Assembly (NCBI GenBank): GCA_035622995.1
Contig: DASPUI010000116.1
Span: forward strand, 4,057 to 68,056
DNA length: 64,000 nucleotides
Reading direction: 5' to 3'
Origin: Chthoniobacterales bacterium
GTDB lineage: Bacteria > Verrucomicrobiota > Verrucomicrobiia > Chthoniobacterales > UBA10450
Below the pieces are notes generated by a model that saw only the letters and a program-made list of their open reading frames with translations, did not search any database and was not told where the DNA came from. A program made the translations under genes and the position numbers. Shown here piece after piece: positions 17,295 through 26,863 of this stretch (positions are counted from its first letter, which is position 1; each line of letters starts with the position of its first letter).

Positions 17295-19691
17295 GTGTCC
17301 GACCAATCTACATCGGCTAACGCAAAGACAGATCTCCCGCTCGAGATCGCGCACATTCTGTTCATCGACACGGTGGGTTACTCGAAGTTGCCGCTCAGCG
17401 AGCAGCGTGAACTGCAAGAACTATTAAACCAGATTGTTCGTGGAACCAGTTGCTTTCGCGCGGCCGAAGTTGCGGGCAAACTGATCCGCTTGCCGACTGG
17501 AGATGGCATGGCGCTGGTATTTGCGGAGAGCATCGCAGCTCCCCTGAACTGCGCCCTGGAAATTACAGAGAAACTTCGCTCTCACCCGCAATTGTCCGTT
17601 CGAATGGGAATTCATACCGGGTCTATTAGTCGAGTCATCGACGTGAATGATCACGTCAACATCGCCGGCTCGGGACTGAACATTGCGCAGCGGGTGATGA
17701 GCTGTGGCGACGCCCGGCACATTTTGATGTCGAAACACGTGGCCGACGATCTGGCCGAATACCCGCAGTGGCGTCCCTTTCTGCACGATCTGGGCGAGTG
17801 TGAAATGAAGCACGGGCAAAAGGTCGCCATCGTCAGTTTTTATTCAGAGGAAGCTGGAAATCCCGGCGTCCCGCAGCGTTTGCAACAACTGAACCACGAA
17901 CACGTGCTCCAGCGCAGGGCACTCTTGAATCGTCGTCTAAAGTTTGCTGCGATCGCTTTGTTTGTCTTGCTCGCTGCGGTGGTGGTCCTCTTTTATCGTC
18001 GACCGGCGCTACCGCCGACCGTAGTGCCGGAGAAAAGTATTGCCGTCCTTCCATTTGAGAATCGGAGCGATGACGCGGCCAATGCTTATTTCGCTGATGC
18101 TATTCAGGACGAAATCCTGACCCGTTTGTCCAAGATTGCGGATCTCAAAGTTATTTCCCGTACATCAACCCAGCAATATAGAAGCTCTCCGGGTAATTTA
18201 ACCGCCATCGCCCGCCAGTTAGGCGTTGCCAATGTTTTGGAAGGAAGCGTGCAGAAAAGCGCAAACGTCGTGCGCGTGAACGTGCAGCTGATCAAGGCTG
18301 CGAATGATTCCCACGTGTGGGCAGACACGTTTGATCGACAGTTGAGCGACATCCTCGCGGCTGAAAGCGAGATCGCAAGAACGATTGCCGACCAGTTGCG
18401 CGCGAAGATGACCGGTCAGGAGCAACGGGCCATTGCCACGAAGTCGACCGATAATTCTGAAGCTTACGACGCCTATTTGCGTGGTCTGGCCTACACGCTC
18501 AAGCCCGGGAATACCAATGCCAATGCTCGTAGCGCGCAAAATTACTTTCGGGAGGCGGTCCGTCTAGATCCAAAGTTCGCGCTCGGCTGGGCCCTTCTCT
18601 CATATACGGATGCGCATGGCTATCTCACACTGAGCCTGGATCCTACCACCGCTCTCCGCGAGGAGGCGCGGCAAGCAGCGGAAACGGCTCTCACGTTGCA
18701 ACCCGATTTGGGTGAGGCTCGCTTAGCGCAGGGAGAATATCATTACGCATGTCTCAAAGACTACGATGCAGCGATTCGGTATTTCGAACAGGCGCGCCCG
18801 CTCTTGCCGAACGACAGTCGAATTCCCGAAGTGTTGGCATACGTGGCACGCCGTCGAGGCCAGTGGGACCAAAGCGAGTCTTACTTTAACGAAGCCGAGC
18901 AACTCGACCCTCGCAACGTTAGAATAATGCTGGAACACGCGTTTCTCTATGATTCGCGTCGTGAGTTTTCGAAAGCGCGACGCAAAAGTGAGCAGATTCT
19001 CGATATTATTCCTGATGACCCGAACACGTTACTGGAGGAGGTCGACATCGCCCTGGGAGAAGGCGATCTGTCTCTCGCAGGCGGGCTACTGGCTCAAATT
19101 CATCCTACTTCTGCCGACACCGAAGCTATTTGGCGGAAGATCTATCATGCTGTTTTGGAACGCCGCCCGACGAACGTTCTCCCGTGGTTAAACGAAATGC
19201 AGGCAAAGCGGGATTCTGCATCAGCTAATTTTAGTGGCGATGTTAGCTTTTGGTTAGGGTGGGCGCAGCAAATGGCCGGGGATTCTGCCGGCGCCAAACA
19301 AACCTGGCGGGAAGCGCGGGATCAAGCTGAGGGTCTTCTCAAAAATCAGCCAAATAATCAGACCCTGCTTGGCTATCTTGCGCTCATGAACATGGGACTC
19401 GGAGACAAAACCGAAGCTTTAAAACTTGCCGATCGCGCAATCGCAGTAAACCCGATCGAGAAGGATGCGATCTCTGGTCCGACCGGGATAGAAATTCTGG
19501 CTCGCGTGGCAGCACAATCAGGAGAACCTGATCGTGCGATTGCCGCGTTGGAGAAACTTTTGTCGATTCCGTACTCCGGTCCGATCGCTGTCCCGCTGAC
19601 ACCGGCATTACTCCGACTCGATCCTATGTTCGATCCGCTTCGAGACGACAAGCGATTCCAAAACCTGAGTGCGGCACCTGGGCCAAAATAA
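17295..19691 (+). CDS. Class III adenylate/guanylate cyclase domain - TM - TolB-like domain - TPR repeat protein
   Basis: 798 aa with a GTG start. The cyclase block reads ILFIDTVGYSKL...RLPTGDGMALVF, followed by a TM helix, then KSIAVLPFENRSDD..NAYFADAIQDEILTRLSKIADLKVISRTS, then TPR-like repeats. Confidence 0.85.
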   Translation: MSDQSTSANAKTDLPLEIAHILFIDTVGYSKLPLSEQRELQELLNQIVRGTSCFRAAEVAGKLIRLPTGDGMALVFAESIAAPLNCALEITEKLRSHPQLSVRMGIHTGSISRVIDVNDHVNIAGSGLNIAQRVMSCGDARHILMSKHVADDLAEYPQWRPFLHDLGECEMKHGQKVAIVSFYSEEAGNPGVPQRLQQLNHEHVLQRRALLNRRLKFAAIALFVLLAAVVVLFYRRPALPPTVVPEKSIAVLPFENRSDDAANAYFADAIQDEILTRLSKIADLKVISRTSTQQYRSSPGNLTAIARQLGVANVLEGSVQKSANVVRVNVQLIKAANDSHVWADTFDRQLSDILAAESEIARTIADQLRAKMTGQEQRAIATKSTDNSEAYDAYLRGLAYTLKPGNTNANARSAQNYFREAVRLDPKFALGWALLSYTDAHGYLTLSLDPTTALREEARQAAETALTLQPDLGEARLAQGEYHYACLKDYDAAIRYFEQARPLLPNDSRIPEVLAYVARRRGQWDQSESYFNEAEQLDPRNVRIMLEHAFLYDSRREFSKARRKSEQILDIIPDDPNTLLEEVDIALGEGDLSLAGGLLAQIHPTSADTEAIWRKIYHAVLERRPTNVLPWLNEMQAKRDSASANFSGDVSFWLGWAQQMAGDSAGAKQTWREARDQAEGLLKNQPNNQTLLGYLALMNMGLGDKTEALKLADRAIAVNPIEKDAISGPTGIEILARVAAQSGEPDRAIAALEKLLSIPYSGPIAVPLTPALLRLDPMFDPLRDDKRFQNLSAAPGPK

Positions 19692-19721
19692 TTGGAACGA
19701 AATTGGCAGTCGGAGGTCGCA

Positions 19722-20291
19722 CTAACAACCGTAGACAATCACCGTTCTGATAAATTCGCCTCGGCTTTCCTTAACCGGATGCGCGAACGCAGCTTCGGGA
19801 GTAACCGGCGCGGCAACATCGTGAACGCTTTTTCCATTTCCGAGTCGTTTCAGGATGGCTTTGATCTGTTCGCCGACGCAGTTTACCCCTTTGTTGGCCA
19901 TGATCGCTTTATCAATCTCGGCGATCAGCTCAGAGGTATGCTGCGGTGTCCAGTCGGTAACGTCGTAGGCACTGTTTTGATTTCGCTCATATAATCTGAC
20001 GCTGCCTCCGGAATCTCCTTGCGTGATTTGAACAAACAGCCGGTGCTCCGAAGGATTGGAGAGCGTGGCCAATCTTTGGACGATCACTTCCTTCTTGCCG
20101 TAAAACGTGTGCGACTCTGGATTCCAACTCCTGAAACTGCAAGTAGTCGGTCCAGGACTTGCCGAAGGCACGGCCGATGGTGAGGCAGAGGCCGAAGGCG
20201 ACGGTGTTTCCGACGGCACTGGCGACTGGCATAAGCCGGCTTGGAATGAAGCAACAAATATTATCGCAACAACTGTGATGTATTTTTTCAT
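19722..20291 (-). CDS. Hypothetical secreted protein with Pro/Ser-rich linker
   Basis: 189 aa. It has a signal peptide (MKKYITVVAIIFVASFQAGLC) and a PSETPSPSASASPSAVPSASPGP linker. No family was recognised. Confidence 0.55.
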   Translation of the reverse strand: MKKYITVVAIIFVASFQAGLCQSPVPSETPSPSASASPSAVPSASPGPTTCSFRSWNPESHTFYGKKEVIVQRLATLSNPSEHRLFVQITQGDSGGSVRLYERNQNSAYDVTDWTPQHTSELIAEIDKAIMANKGVNCVGEQIKAILKRLGNGKSVHDVAAPVTPEAAFAHPVKESRGEFIRTVIVYGC

Positions 20292-20564
20292 GTTAGGATG
20301 GGTTGAGGTTGGTCCGCACCGTCAGTTTACGGGGAAAATGCGATGAGCGCATTGGGGTGGCGGATTGAGGATTCACGTGTCTAGCTGTACGCAACCTCGT
20401 TAGGCAAGCGAAATAATTGTCCTTATTTGACGACGTAGACCAAGTGCGCCACGACATGGTGATCGCGTCCCAAAGTGCTGTTCCGGCAGTCAATTGAACT
20501 GAACGCGACTTGGATTTGCATGTCCAACGATTGCCGTTGAACTTTTAGGCGATCCCGTTGCGCC

Positions 20565-22574
20565 TTGCTTATGACTGGCTTCTTTCAAGAATTGAAGCGG
20601 CGAAAAGTTTTCCGCGTTGCCATTGCCTACATCGTGGCCAGTTGGGCCCTCGCTCAAGGTCTGGCGCAGGTCTTGCCGGTTTTCGATATCTCAAATTCTT
20701 CGATTCGGGTCCTCATCGCGCTCATGCTGATTGGTTTTCCGGTTGCGCTGGTGCTCGCCTGGATCTTTGACGTGACGCCGCAAGGGATTAGAGCAACGCC
20801 GGCCGCGGCTCCTCCAAGACAACTTCGGCGCAATATCATCATGCTGGCGGCGTTCGGCGTGATTGTATCGCTGGTTGCCGGATTTTTCCTGCTTCTGCCG
20901 CACGCGGTAGCACACAAGGTGGACAAATCGATCGCGGTCTTGCCATTTGAAAATCTGAGCGACGACAAGGAGAACGCTTATTTCGCCGACGGCATTCAGG
21001 ACGATATTCTCACCAATTTGTCGAACATCGGCGATCTACGGGTGATCTCGCGGACTTCAGTCATGAACTATCGCGACAAGACTCCGAATGTTCGCGAAAT
21101 CGGCAAGACGCTCGGCGTTTCGAATATTTTGGAAGGAAGTGTTCGCCGTTCCGGAAATCAAGTGCGGGTGAATGTCCAGTTAATCGACACGACCAGCGAC
21201 AAACATGTCTGGGCGAAAGATTACGACGGCGACTTGACCGACGTGTTCAAGATTCAAACTTATCTTGCTCAAGAAATTGCGACGGCACTTCAGGCAAAGC
21301 TCTCGCCCAACGAGAAAGAACGGATCGAGAAAAAGCCGACCGAAAATAACGCCGCCTATACCAGCTACGTCCTCGGTCACGAACTCCAGGATGCCTTTGA
21401 AGATTTCGACAAACTGAAGCAAGCGGAGGAGAAATACGAACAGGCTATTCAACTTGATCCGAAATTTGCACTCGCGTTCGCGCGATACTCTCAGCTGGAA
21501 AGTTGGATTGTGCACACGTTCGACAAGGCGCCCGGCCGTCGGCAGAAAGCGCGCAACCTGGCAGAGAGCGCCATTTCTTTGCAACCGGATTTGCCGGAGG
21601 CGCACCTCGCCCTCGGCTTCGTCGATTATTATGTCGATAACAATTTCGACAACGCCGCCCGTGAATTTGAAACGGCGCGGCGCGGTTTGCCTAACGAGTC
21701 GGAAGTTTATCTCGCGCTCGGCGCAATCCAGCGCCGGCAGGGCAAGTGGGCCGAGTCGAATGCCAATTTCGAAAAAGCCATCAATCTGAATCCGAAGAAT
21801 ACCTGGGCGATGCTCAATCTCGCCTTGAGTTATCAGATGCAACGCAACTTCACCGCGGCGAATAAATGGCTCGATTCGGGACTTGCTCTCGATCCAAACG
21901 CGATCGGTCTCCTGGCGACCAAGGCCAAACTTGCGATCTTCCAAAATGGCGACTTCGACGCAGCCGACAAGGCTCTCGCAACGATCGACATGATTCCGCA
22001 AGCGGCAGAAGTGAAGTCTGAACTGGCGACCGGTCGAGTCTCCCTGCTTTTGCTCGAGCACAAGTTTGATCAGGCCCGCGACGAAGCTGCCAAAATTCCC
22101 GATTCCATCCTGGCCAAGATGTCCGGCGGTTTATGCCAGAAAAGCATTGTACTCGGCATCGCCAAAAAGGCGGCGCATGACGACGCAGGTGCTCGAGATG
22201 CCTTCCAGAAGGCGAAAGCGGCGGCTGAAGACGACATCACCCAGAATCCTGATGACGCGGGAGCGCATTCTCGTCTGGCAGAATCGCTGGCCTGGCTCGG
22301 GGAAAAAGATACCGCTCTGGTTGAAATCCAACGAGCGAAGACGCTACTGCCCGAGAGCAAAGATGCTCTAGACGGACCAGACATCGCCGAAACCGAAGCA
22401 GGTATTCATGCGATGTTCGGAGACGCAGCCGGTGCGGTTTCGATTTTGGACGGACTCTTGCAACGGCCGAGCAATGTCACGGTAGCGCTGCTGAAAGTGG
22501 ACCCAACCTGGGATCCAATTCGAAACGACTCTGGTTTCAAAGCTTTGATCGATAAGTACAGTGGCAAAACTTAG
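20565..22574 (+). CDS. TM - TolB-like domain - TPR repeat protein (paralogue of 17295..19691 lacking the cyclase domain)
   Basis: 669 aa. KSIAVLPFENLSDDKENAYFADGIQDDILTNLSNIGDLRVISRTS and NILEGSVRRSGNQVRVNVQLID are shared with the upstream paralogue. The C-terminal part contains TPR-like repeats. Confidence 0.8.
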   Translation: MLMTGFFQELKRRKVFRVAIAYIVASWALAQGLAQVLPVFDISNSSIRVLIALMLIGFPVALVLAWIFDVTPQGIRATPAAAPPRQLRRNIIMLAAFGVIVSLVAGFFLLLPHAVAHKVDKSIAVLPFENLSDDKENAYFADGIQDDILTNLSNIGDLRVISRTSVMNYRDKTPNVREIGKTLGVSNILEGSVRRSGNQVRVNVQLIDTTSDKHVWAKDYDGDLTDVFKIQTYLAQEIATALQAKLSPNEKERIEKKPTENNAAYTSYVLGHELQDAFEDFDKLKQAEEKYEQAIQLDPKFALAFARYSQLESWIVHTFDKAPGRRQKARNLAESAISLQPDLPEAHLALGFVDYYVDNNFDNAAREFETARRGLPNESEVYLALGAIQRRQGKWAESNANFEKAINLNPKNTWAMLNLALSYQMQRNFTAANKWLDSGLALDPNAIGLLATKAKLAIFQNGDFDAADKALATIDMIPQAAEVKSELATGRVSLLLLEHKFDQARDEAAKIPDSILAKMSGGLCQKSIVLGIAKKAAHDDAGARDAFQKAKAAAEDDITQNPDDAGAHSRLAESLAWLGEKDTALVEIQRAKTLLPESKDALDGPDIAETEAGIHAMFGDAAGAVSILDGLLQRPSNVTVALLKVDPTWDPIRNDSGFKALIDKYSGKT

Positions 22575-23328
22575 CGCGGCGATTCCTTTTTTGATCGTTG
22601 CGATTGCGGCACGAGCGGATTGGAAAATGATTTCCACCCAAACCGAAGCGTCCACCGGGCATGGGATCGAGCATCGCTACCTTGTATTCGAAGATTCGAG
22701 CAACGGTGATCGCGCCTCATTAGAGCTTGCGATTTTTTCCACGAAATTTTGCCGGCTGCGGATGATCGATCAACCGGACGAACGACGCCTGGCTCTGAGC
22801 GAAGTGATGCAACGCGAAAATTGTCTTGCCGGCGTCAACGGCGGCTATTTCGATCCGGACGGAAACCCGGTTGGTTTGCTCGTTGCCAACGGGCAGACAC
22901 TTTCGCCGCTGCGCCGGGCGCGTTTGCTCAGCGGAGTTTTGTTTTCGGTTGCTGGCAAGGTTCAAATCGCGCGCTTCAGCGATTTTTCGACGAAACAAAA
23001 GATCGATGCCGCGCTCGAATGTGGACCGATGGTTGTCGATATGGGCAAGCCAGTGCATGGGCTCGAATCAACTCGTCCCGCGCGCAGAACGTTTGCGGCC
23101 GTGGCGAGCGCGGATCGCGCTGCGCTAGGTTTCTGTTCGGACGTGACTCTGGCCGATTTGGCGTTGATTCTGGGAAGCCAATTCGCAACGGATTTCAAAA
23201 TTCAGCGTGCGCTCAATCTCGATGGAGGTTCTTCCAGCGCATTTTGGTTCCGGCGCAAGGATGGCAGCGCCTTTTCAATCGCTGAGGAAAAAACGGTGCG
23301 CGATTTTGTCGCCGTTGTTCCGAAGTAG
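22561..23328 (+). CDS. Phosphodiester glycosidase family protein (DUF2233/NAGPA-like), secreted
   Basis: 255 aa with a GTG start and a signal peptide. CLAGVNGGYFDPDGNPVGLLVANGQ and ALNLDGGSSSAFW blocks are present. Confidence 0.75.
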   Translation: MAKLSAAIPFLIVAIAARADWKMISTQTEASTGHGIEHRYLVFEDSSNGDRASLELAIFSTKFCRLRMIDQPDERRLALSEVMQRENCLAGVNGGYFDPDGNPVGLLVANGQTLSPLRRARLLSGVLFSVAGKVQIARFSDFSTKQKIDAALECGPMVVDMGKPVHGLESTRPARRTFAAVASADRAALGFCSDVTLADLALILGSQFATDFKIQRALNLDGGSSSAFWFRRKDGSAFSIAEEKTVRDFVAVVPK

Positions 23329-23402
23329 TCGGAGCGGCGCTTCTCTCAAGCATCTCATTATTGGCTCGGCGGCTAACAAAGCCGTCGCTACAACTGTGCG
23401 GC

Positions 23403-24167
23403 ATGCGAACATTCGGAGGTTTCAAATTAAACGACGAATTTTTTTACGGCGAGATCATTGGCGAGGACGTTCACATTCTTGAAAATCCATACTGGGTCGA
23501 CGCCGAACCGACGGGCGAAACGACCAGGCTCTCCGATGTCGAGATCGATCTTCCGGTTGCACCGTCCAAGTTGATCGCGGTTGGATTAAATTACGCGGAT
23601 CACATTGCCGAGATGAAGCGGACGCCGCTCGGAACGCCGTTGATCTGGTTCAAAGCTCCTACTTCATTGCTCGCGCACAATGGAAAGATCGAAATCGCGT
23701 TTCCGGAACACCAAACCGATTTCGAAACGGAGCTGGCCATCGTGATTGGTAAAACGGCAAAAAATGTCTCCGTGGAGCACGCTCACGATTTTATTTTCGG
23801 TTATACCGTTGGCCTCGACATCAGCGATCGCGATTTGCAGAAATCGGAAAAGCAGTTTGGCCGATGCAAATCCTTCGACAGCTACACCCCCATCGGTCCA
23901 TTCGTTTATGCTGATGTCGATATTCGAGATTTATCGATCGAATTGCGGCAGAATGGTGAAGTGCGGCAGAGCGCCCGCACCAGTCAGATGATTTATTCGG
24001 CGACCGAGATTGTCGCCTTTTCGTCGCAGTCCCTCACGCTCTTGCCCGGGGATGTGATTTTGACCGGGACGCCTTCCGGCGTCGGCCCGATTCGCTTGGG
24101 CGACAATTTGGAAGCAAAGATCGACCATTGGCCCACGCTCCGAAGCCGCGTGGTCAACCGCATATAA
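23403..24167 (+). CDS. Fumarylacetoacetate hydrolase (FAH) family protein
   Basis: KLIAVGLNYADHIAE, ETELAIVIGK, GYTVGLDISDRDLQ and PGDVILTGTPSGVGP blocks are present. The ATG at 23403 is preferred over the TTG at 23361. Confidence 0.9.
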   Translation: MRTFGGFKLNDEFFYGEIIGEDVHILENPYWVDAEPTGETTRLSDVEIDLPVAPSKLIAVGLNYADHIAEMKRTPLGTPLIWFKAPTSLLAHNGKIEIAFPEHQTDFETELAIVIGKTAKNVSVEHAHDFIFGYTVGLDISDRDLQKSEKQFGRCKSFDSYTPIGPFVYADVDIRDLSIELRQNGEVRQSARTSQMIYSATEIVAFSSQSLTLLPGDVILTGTPSGVGPIRLGDNLEAKIDHWPTLRSRVVNRI

Positions 24168-24362
24168 GCTCGATCATTCGAGACTTCATCTCGTCTGCCA
24201 CATCTTTTGAGGAGGGAGTACGCGAACTATTTTAACGGGTCGTGGCATGGGAAATGTCAAGTTAAAGAAAGGTGAAAACTTTTGCTGGACTCCGGTCGAA
24301 CCGATTTGGGATAAGTAGGTCAAACACTGGCGACCGAGCTGGTATTTAACATCGCTGTAAAT

Positions 24363-25400
24363 ATGAAAACACTCCTTACTCTCTGCTTAACTTTGATTAC
24401 GCTCACTGCGACGTTCGCTCAGCAGCACCAAGCCGCACCGCCACCGCCACCGCCACCGGCGACGGGCATTTCAGCAGCGCCGGCTAATCCGCTACCCGCG
24501 GCTGGCCAAATGAGTCCCGCTGCACTCGGACAACCCGGCGTGCCTGCTCCGCCGCCTGGAGTGGCGACTTCCCCCGGAGTTCAGCAAGTTGCGCCGCCTC
24601 CCGGTGCACCTGCGGTGCCTGGAACAAGTGTGACGGCAACTTTGAGCCCGGCGGTGGGTGCCAGCGCATCTCCTGCTGCCAGCGCTGCTCCCTCTGCGAG
24701 CGCTTCTCCCGGCCTGACTACGGCTCCTGTTACCGGGAATTTCTTGATCGACAATTTCCGCAAAGGTGGCCCAATCATGTGGCCGATTTTGATCGTGTCG
24801 ATCATCGCGCTGACCGTCGTGATCGAGCGATGTTTCTGGTGGATCGGTCGCTGGTTCCGCCGCGATCCCAAACGAATCGAAAAAGTTTTTACGGCGATTG
24901 AAGTCGGTGACGTGACCGAGGCATCGCGTCTTTCGCGCGACTCGGGAGACCCGGTTCTGCGCATGATGTGGAACGGACTCAATCACCAGCATGCGTCGTT
25001 GCAAGGTGCCTTACAGGTTGCGGCCGGTATCGAGATCAAACGCGCCGGACGATTTCTCGTTGTGATGGACACTCTGGTAACGCTGGCTCCGTTACTCGGT
25101 CTGTTGGGAACGATTACTGGTTTGATTCGATCATTCAGCTTTCTCGGAAACGAAGAACTGGCCGTGACCGCGGTGACCGGCGGTATTGCCGAGGCGCTCA
25201 TTGCGACGGCGTGCGGTCTCGGCATCGCCATTTTTGCGCTAATCCCGTTTAACTTTTTTACCTCCCGGGTGTCTAACTTAGAGTTCGAGCTGCAGACGGC
25301 AGCCACGAACCTGGAAGTTATGCTAGGAGCACAAACCGCTGCACGCGAAACGGAGGTGGCCGGCCCACCAAAAAGCTCCGGCAAAGGCTCGTCGATCTGA
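24363..25400 (+). CDS. exbB: MotA/TolQ/ExbB proton-channel protein with a long Pro/Ala-rich N-terminal extension
   Basis: 345 aa. It has a signal peptide, then about 110 aa of P/A/S-rich low complexity, then the ExbB core (GGPIMWPILIVSIIALTVVIER..., LGLLGTITGLIRSF, GIAEALIATACGL). Confidence 0.85.
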   Translation: MKTLLTLCLTLITLTATFAQQHQAAPPPPPPPATGISAAPANPLPAAGQMSPAALGQPGVPAPPPGVATSPGVQQVAPPPGAPAVPGTSVTATLSPAVGASASPAASAAPSASASPGLTTAPVTGNFLIDNFRKGGPIMWPILIVSIIALTVVIERCFWWIGRWFRRDPKRIEKVFTAIEVGDVTEASRLSRDSGDPVLRMMWNGLNHQHASLQGALQVAAGIEIKRAGRFLVVMDTLVTLAPLLGLLGTITGLIRSFSFLGNEELAVTAVTGGIAEALIATACGLGIAIFALIPFNFFTSRVSNLEFELQTAATNLEVMLGAQTAARETEVAGPPKSSGKGSSI

Positions 25401-25409
25401 GGATATTCG

Positions 25410-25850
25410 ATGTACGTAAGCTCGCCAATTCCGCACAAGAAAGCGCGCATTGAGATCATTCCGTTGATCGACATCATGTTCTTTCTGCTCGCCAGCTTCA
25501 TGATGGTGAGCTTGAGCCAGGTCCACATGAAGGGCATCAAAGTGAATTTGCCCGTCGGTCAGATGGGTGAAACGCAGTCCAAGCGTGATTACATCAGCGT
25601 CTCGGTCGATCGAAATGGGAATGCCTACTTCGACAAGGACGAAATGAATTACGACCAGCTCACTGCCCGGTTAAGACAGGTTCACCAGGAAAATCCGGAA
25701 GCGAAAGTGTTCGTTCGCGGCGATGCCGATACCGTGCACGGGAACATTATTCACGTGCTCGATATTTTGCGTTCGGTTGGTTATTACAAGGTCGCCTTCG
25801 AGATTAAGAGCGAAGCTTTAAAAGGAGTTCCAGGTCCGGCGCCACAATGA
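25410..25850 (+). CDS. exbD: Biopolymer transport protein ExbD/TolR
   Basis: 146 aa. The IEIIPLIDIMFFLLASFMMVS TM segment is followed by a periplasmic ExbD domain. Confidence 0.9.
   Translation: MYVSSPIPHKKARIEIIPLIDIMFFLLASFMMVSLSQVHMKGIKVNLPVGQMGETQSKRDYISVSVDRNGNAYFDKDEMNYDQLTARLRQVHQENPEAKVFVRGDADTVHGNIIHVLDILRSVGYYKVAFEIKSEALKGVPGPAPQ
25452..25537 (+). repeat. Direct repeat copy A (86 nt, 81/86 identical to 26486..26571) inside exbD copy 1
   Basis: Manual alignment: gagatcattccgttgatcgacatcatgttctttct[G/C]ctcgccag[C/T]ttcatgatggt[G/T]agcttgagccag[GT/AC]ccacatgaagggcat. Confidence 0.85.
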
Positions 25851-26440
25851 AACCGCTCCTGTATAAGCCGCCTCCGCGTTGGCATATTTGGGCCTTCGTC
25901 GGCGGTGCGATCGCAATACATGTCGGATCCGTTGTCATAGCTGGCTTGAACCGGGAACCACCTCCAGTTGATCTCAGCAATATTCCGACGGCTGAAATCA
26001 CAGCTACGCTCGAGGCCCAAGAAGCGCCAACCCCACCACCAGAAGATATTCCACTTCCTCCGCCTCCTCCGGAACCTCAGGTGCAACCAGAGTTCCACGA
26101 AGAGCAGGCGACACCGCCGCCACGCACTGCGGCGAGGCCGGCCGCTCCGATTAAGGCTCCGCCGGTCTCAATGTCAGGCGCAAAAGCAAGTGCGATGTTT
26201 TCTCCGAAGCCGGATTATCCCTACGAAGCCCGCGCTCGCAAGATTACCGGCAGCGGGGTTTGTGTTCTAACCGTAGGTCCGGATGGGAGCGTCACGGATG
26301 CGGTCATGGCCCAGAGTATCGGTAGTCCCATTCTGGACAACTCTGCCGTGAGTGCATTCCGGCGATGGCGGTTCGTGCCGGGTAAATTTTCAAAGGTGAA
26401 GGTCCCGATCACTTTTACCATGACCGGAGCGTCTTACTAA
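25847..26440 (+). CDS. tonB: Energy transducer TonB family protein
   Basis: 197 aa. It has an N-terminal TM anchor, a Pro-rich spacer (PPPEDIPLPPPPPEPQVQPE) and a TonB C-terminal domain (PDYPYEARARKITGSGVCVLTV..G.V..A......SPILDNSAVSAFRRWRF.PG). An ATGA overlap joins it to exbD. Confidence 0.8.
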   Translation: MKPLLYKPPPRWHIWAFVGGAIAIHVGSVVIAGLNREPPPVDLSNIPTAEITATLEAQEAPTPPPEDIPLPPPPPEPQVQPEFHEEQATPPPRTAARPAAPIKAPPVSMSGAKASAMFSPKPDYPYEARARKITGSGVCVLTVGPDGSVTDAVMAQSIGSPILDNSAVSAFRRWRFVPGKFSKVKVPITFTMTGASY

Positions 26441-26443
26441 TTT

Positions 26444-26863
26444 ATGCACCTTCGTTCACCGATTCCGCGCAAGCGCGCACGTATCGAGATCATTCCGTTG
26501 ATCGACATCATGTTCTTTCTCCTCGCCAGTTTCATGATGGTTAGCTTGAGCCAGACCCACATGAAGGGCATTAGGGTACAATTGCCAGCCGGTGGACCGC
26601 CTCCGGCAAATTCTCCCAAGGATTTTGTCGCCATCCAAGTTCGCCAAGGTAACGCCGTTTACATCGACGGTAAGTTCTTCGCGGAGGACGATGTTCTCCC
26701 GTACCTTTATAAACTGCATCAGGACAATCCGGGGGTCAAAGTCTCGATCAGCGCGCAAATGCTTGCGCTCCACGGTGACGTTATCACCGTGCTCGATAAA
26801 GTCCGGCGCGCCAAAATCGAAAAGGTTGGTTACCAAATTCGGGCTGCGCAACCCCCACATTAG
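26444..26863 (+). CDS. exbD: Biopolymer transport protein ExbD/TolR (second copy)
   Basis: 139 aa. The N-terminal 45 aa are nearly identical to the first ExbD, while the periplasmic domain has diverged. Confidence 0.9.
   Translation: MHLRSPIPRKRARIEIIPLIDIMFFLLASFMMVSLSQTHMKGIRVQLPAGGPPPANSPKDFVAIQVRQGNAVYIDGKFFAEDDVLPYLYKLHQDNPGVKVSISAQMLALHGDVITVLDKVRRAKIEKVGYQIRAAQPPH
26486..26571 (+). repeat. Direct repeat copy B (86 nt) inside exbD copy 2
   Basis: Same alignment as copy A. Both copies start at codon 15 of their respective genes. Confidence 0.85.

Noticed and set aside
24230-24310. A tRNA-like T-arm string (minus-strand CGGTTCGACCG) in the gap upstream of exbB.
   Set aside because: The stem is only 3 bp with a 5-nt loop. 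No acceptor, D or anticodon arms can be built around it. It is not a tRNA.
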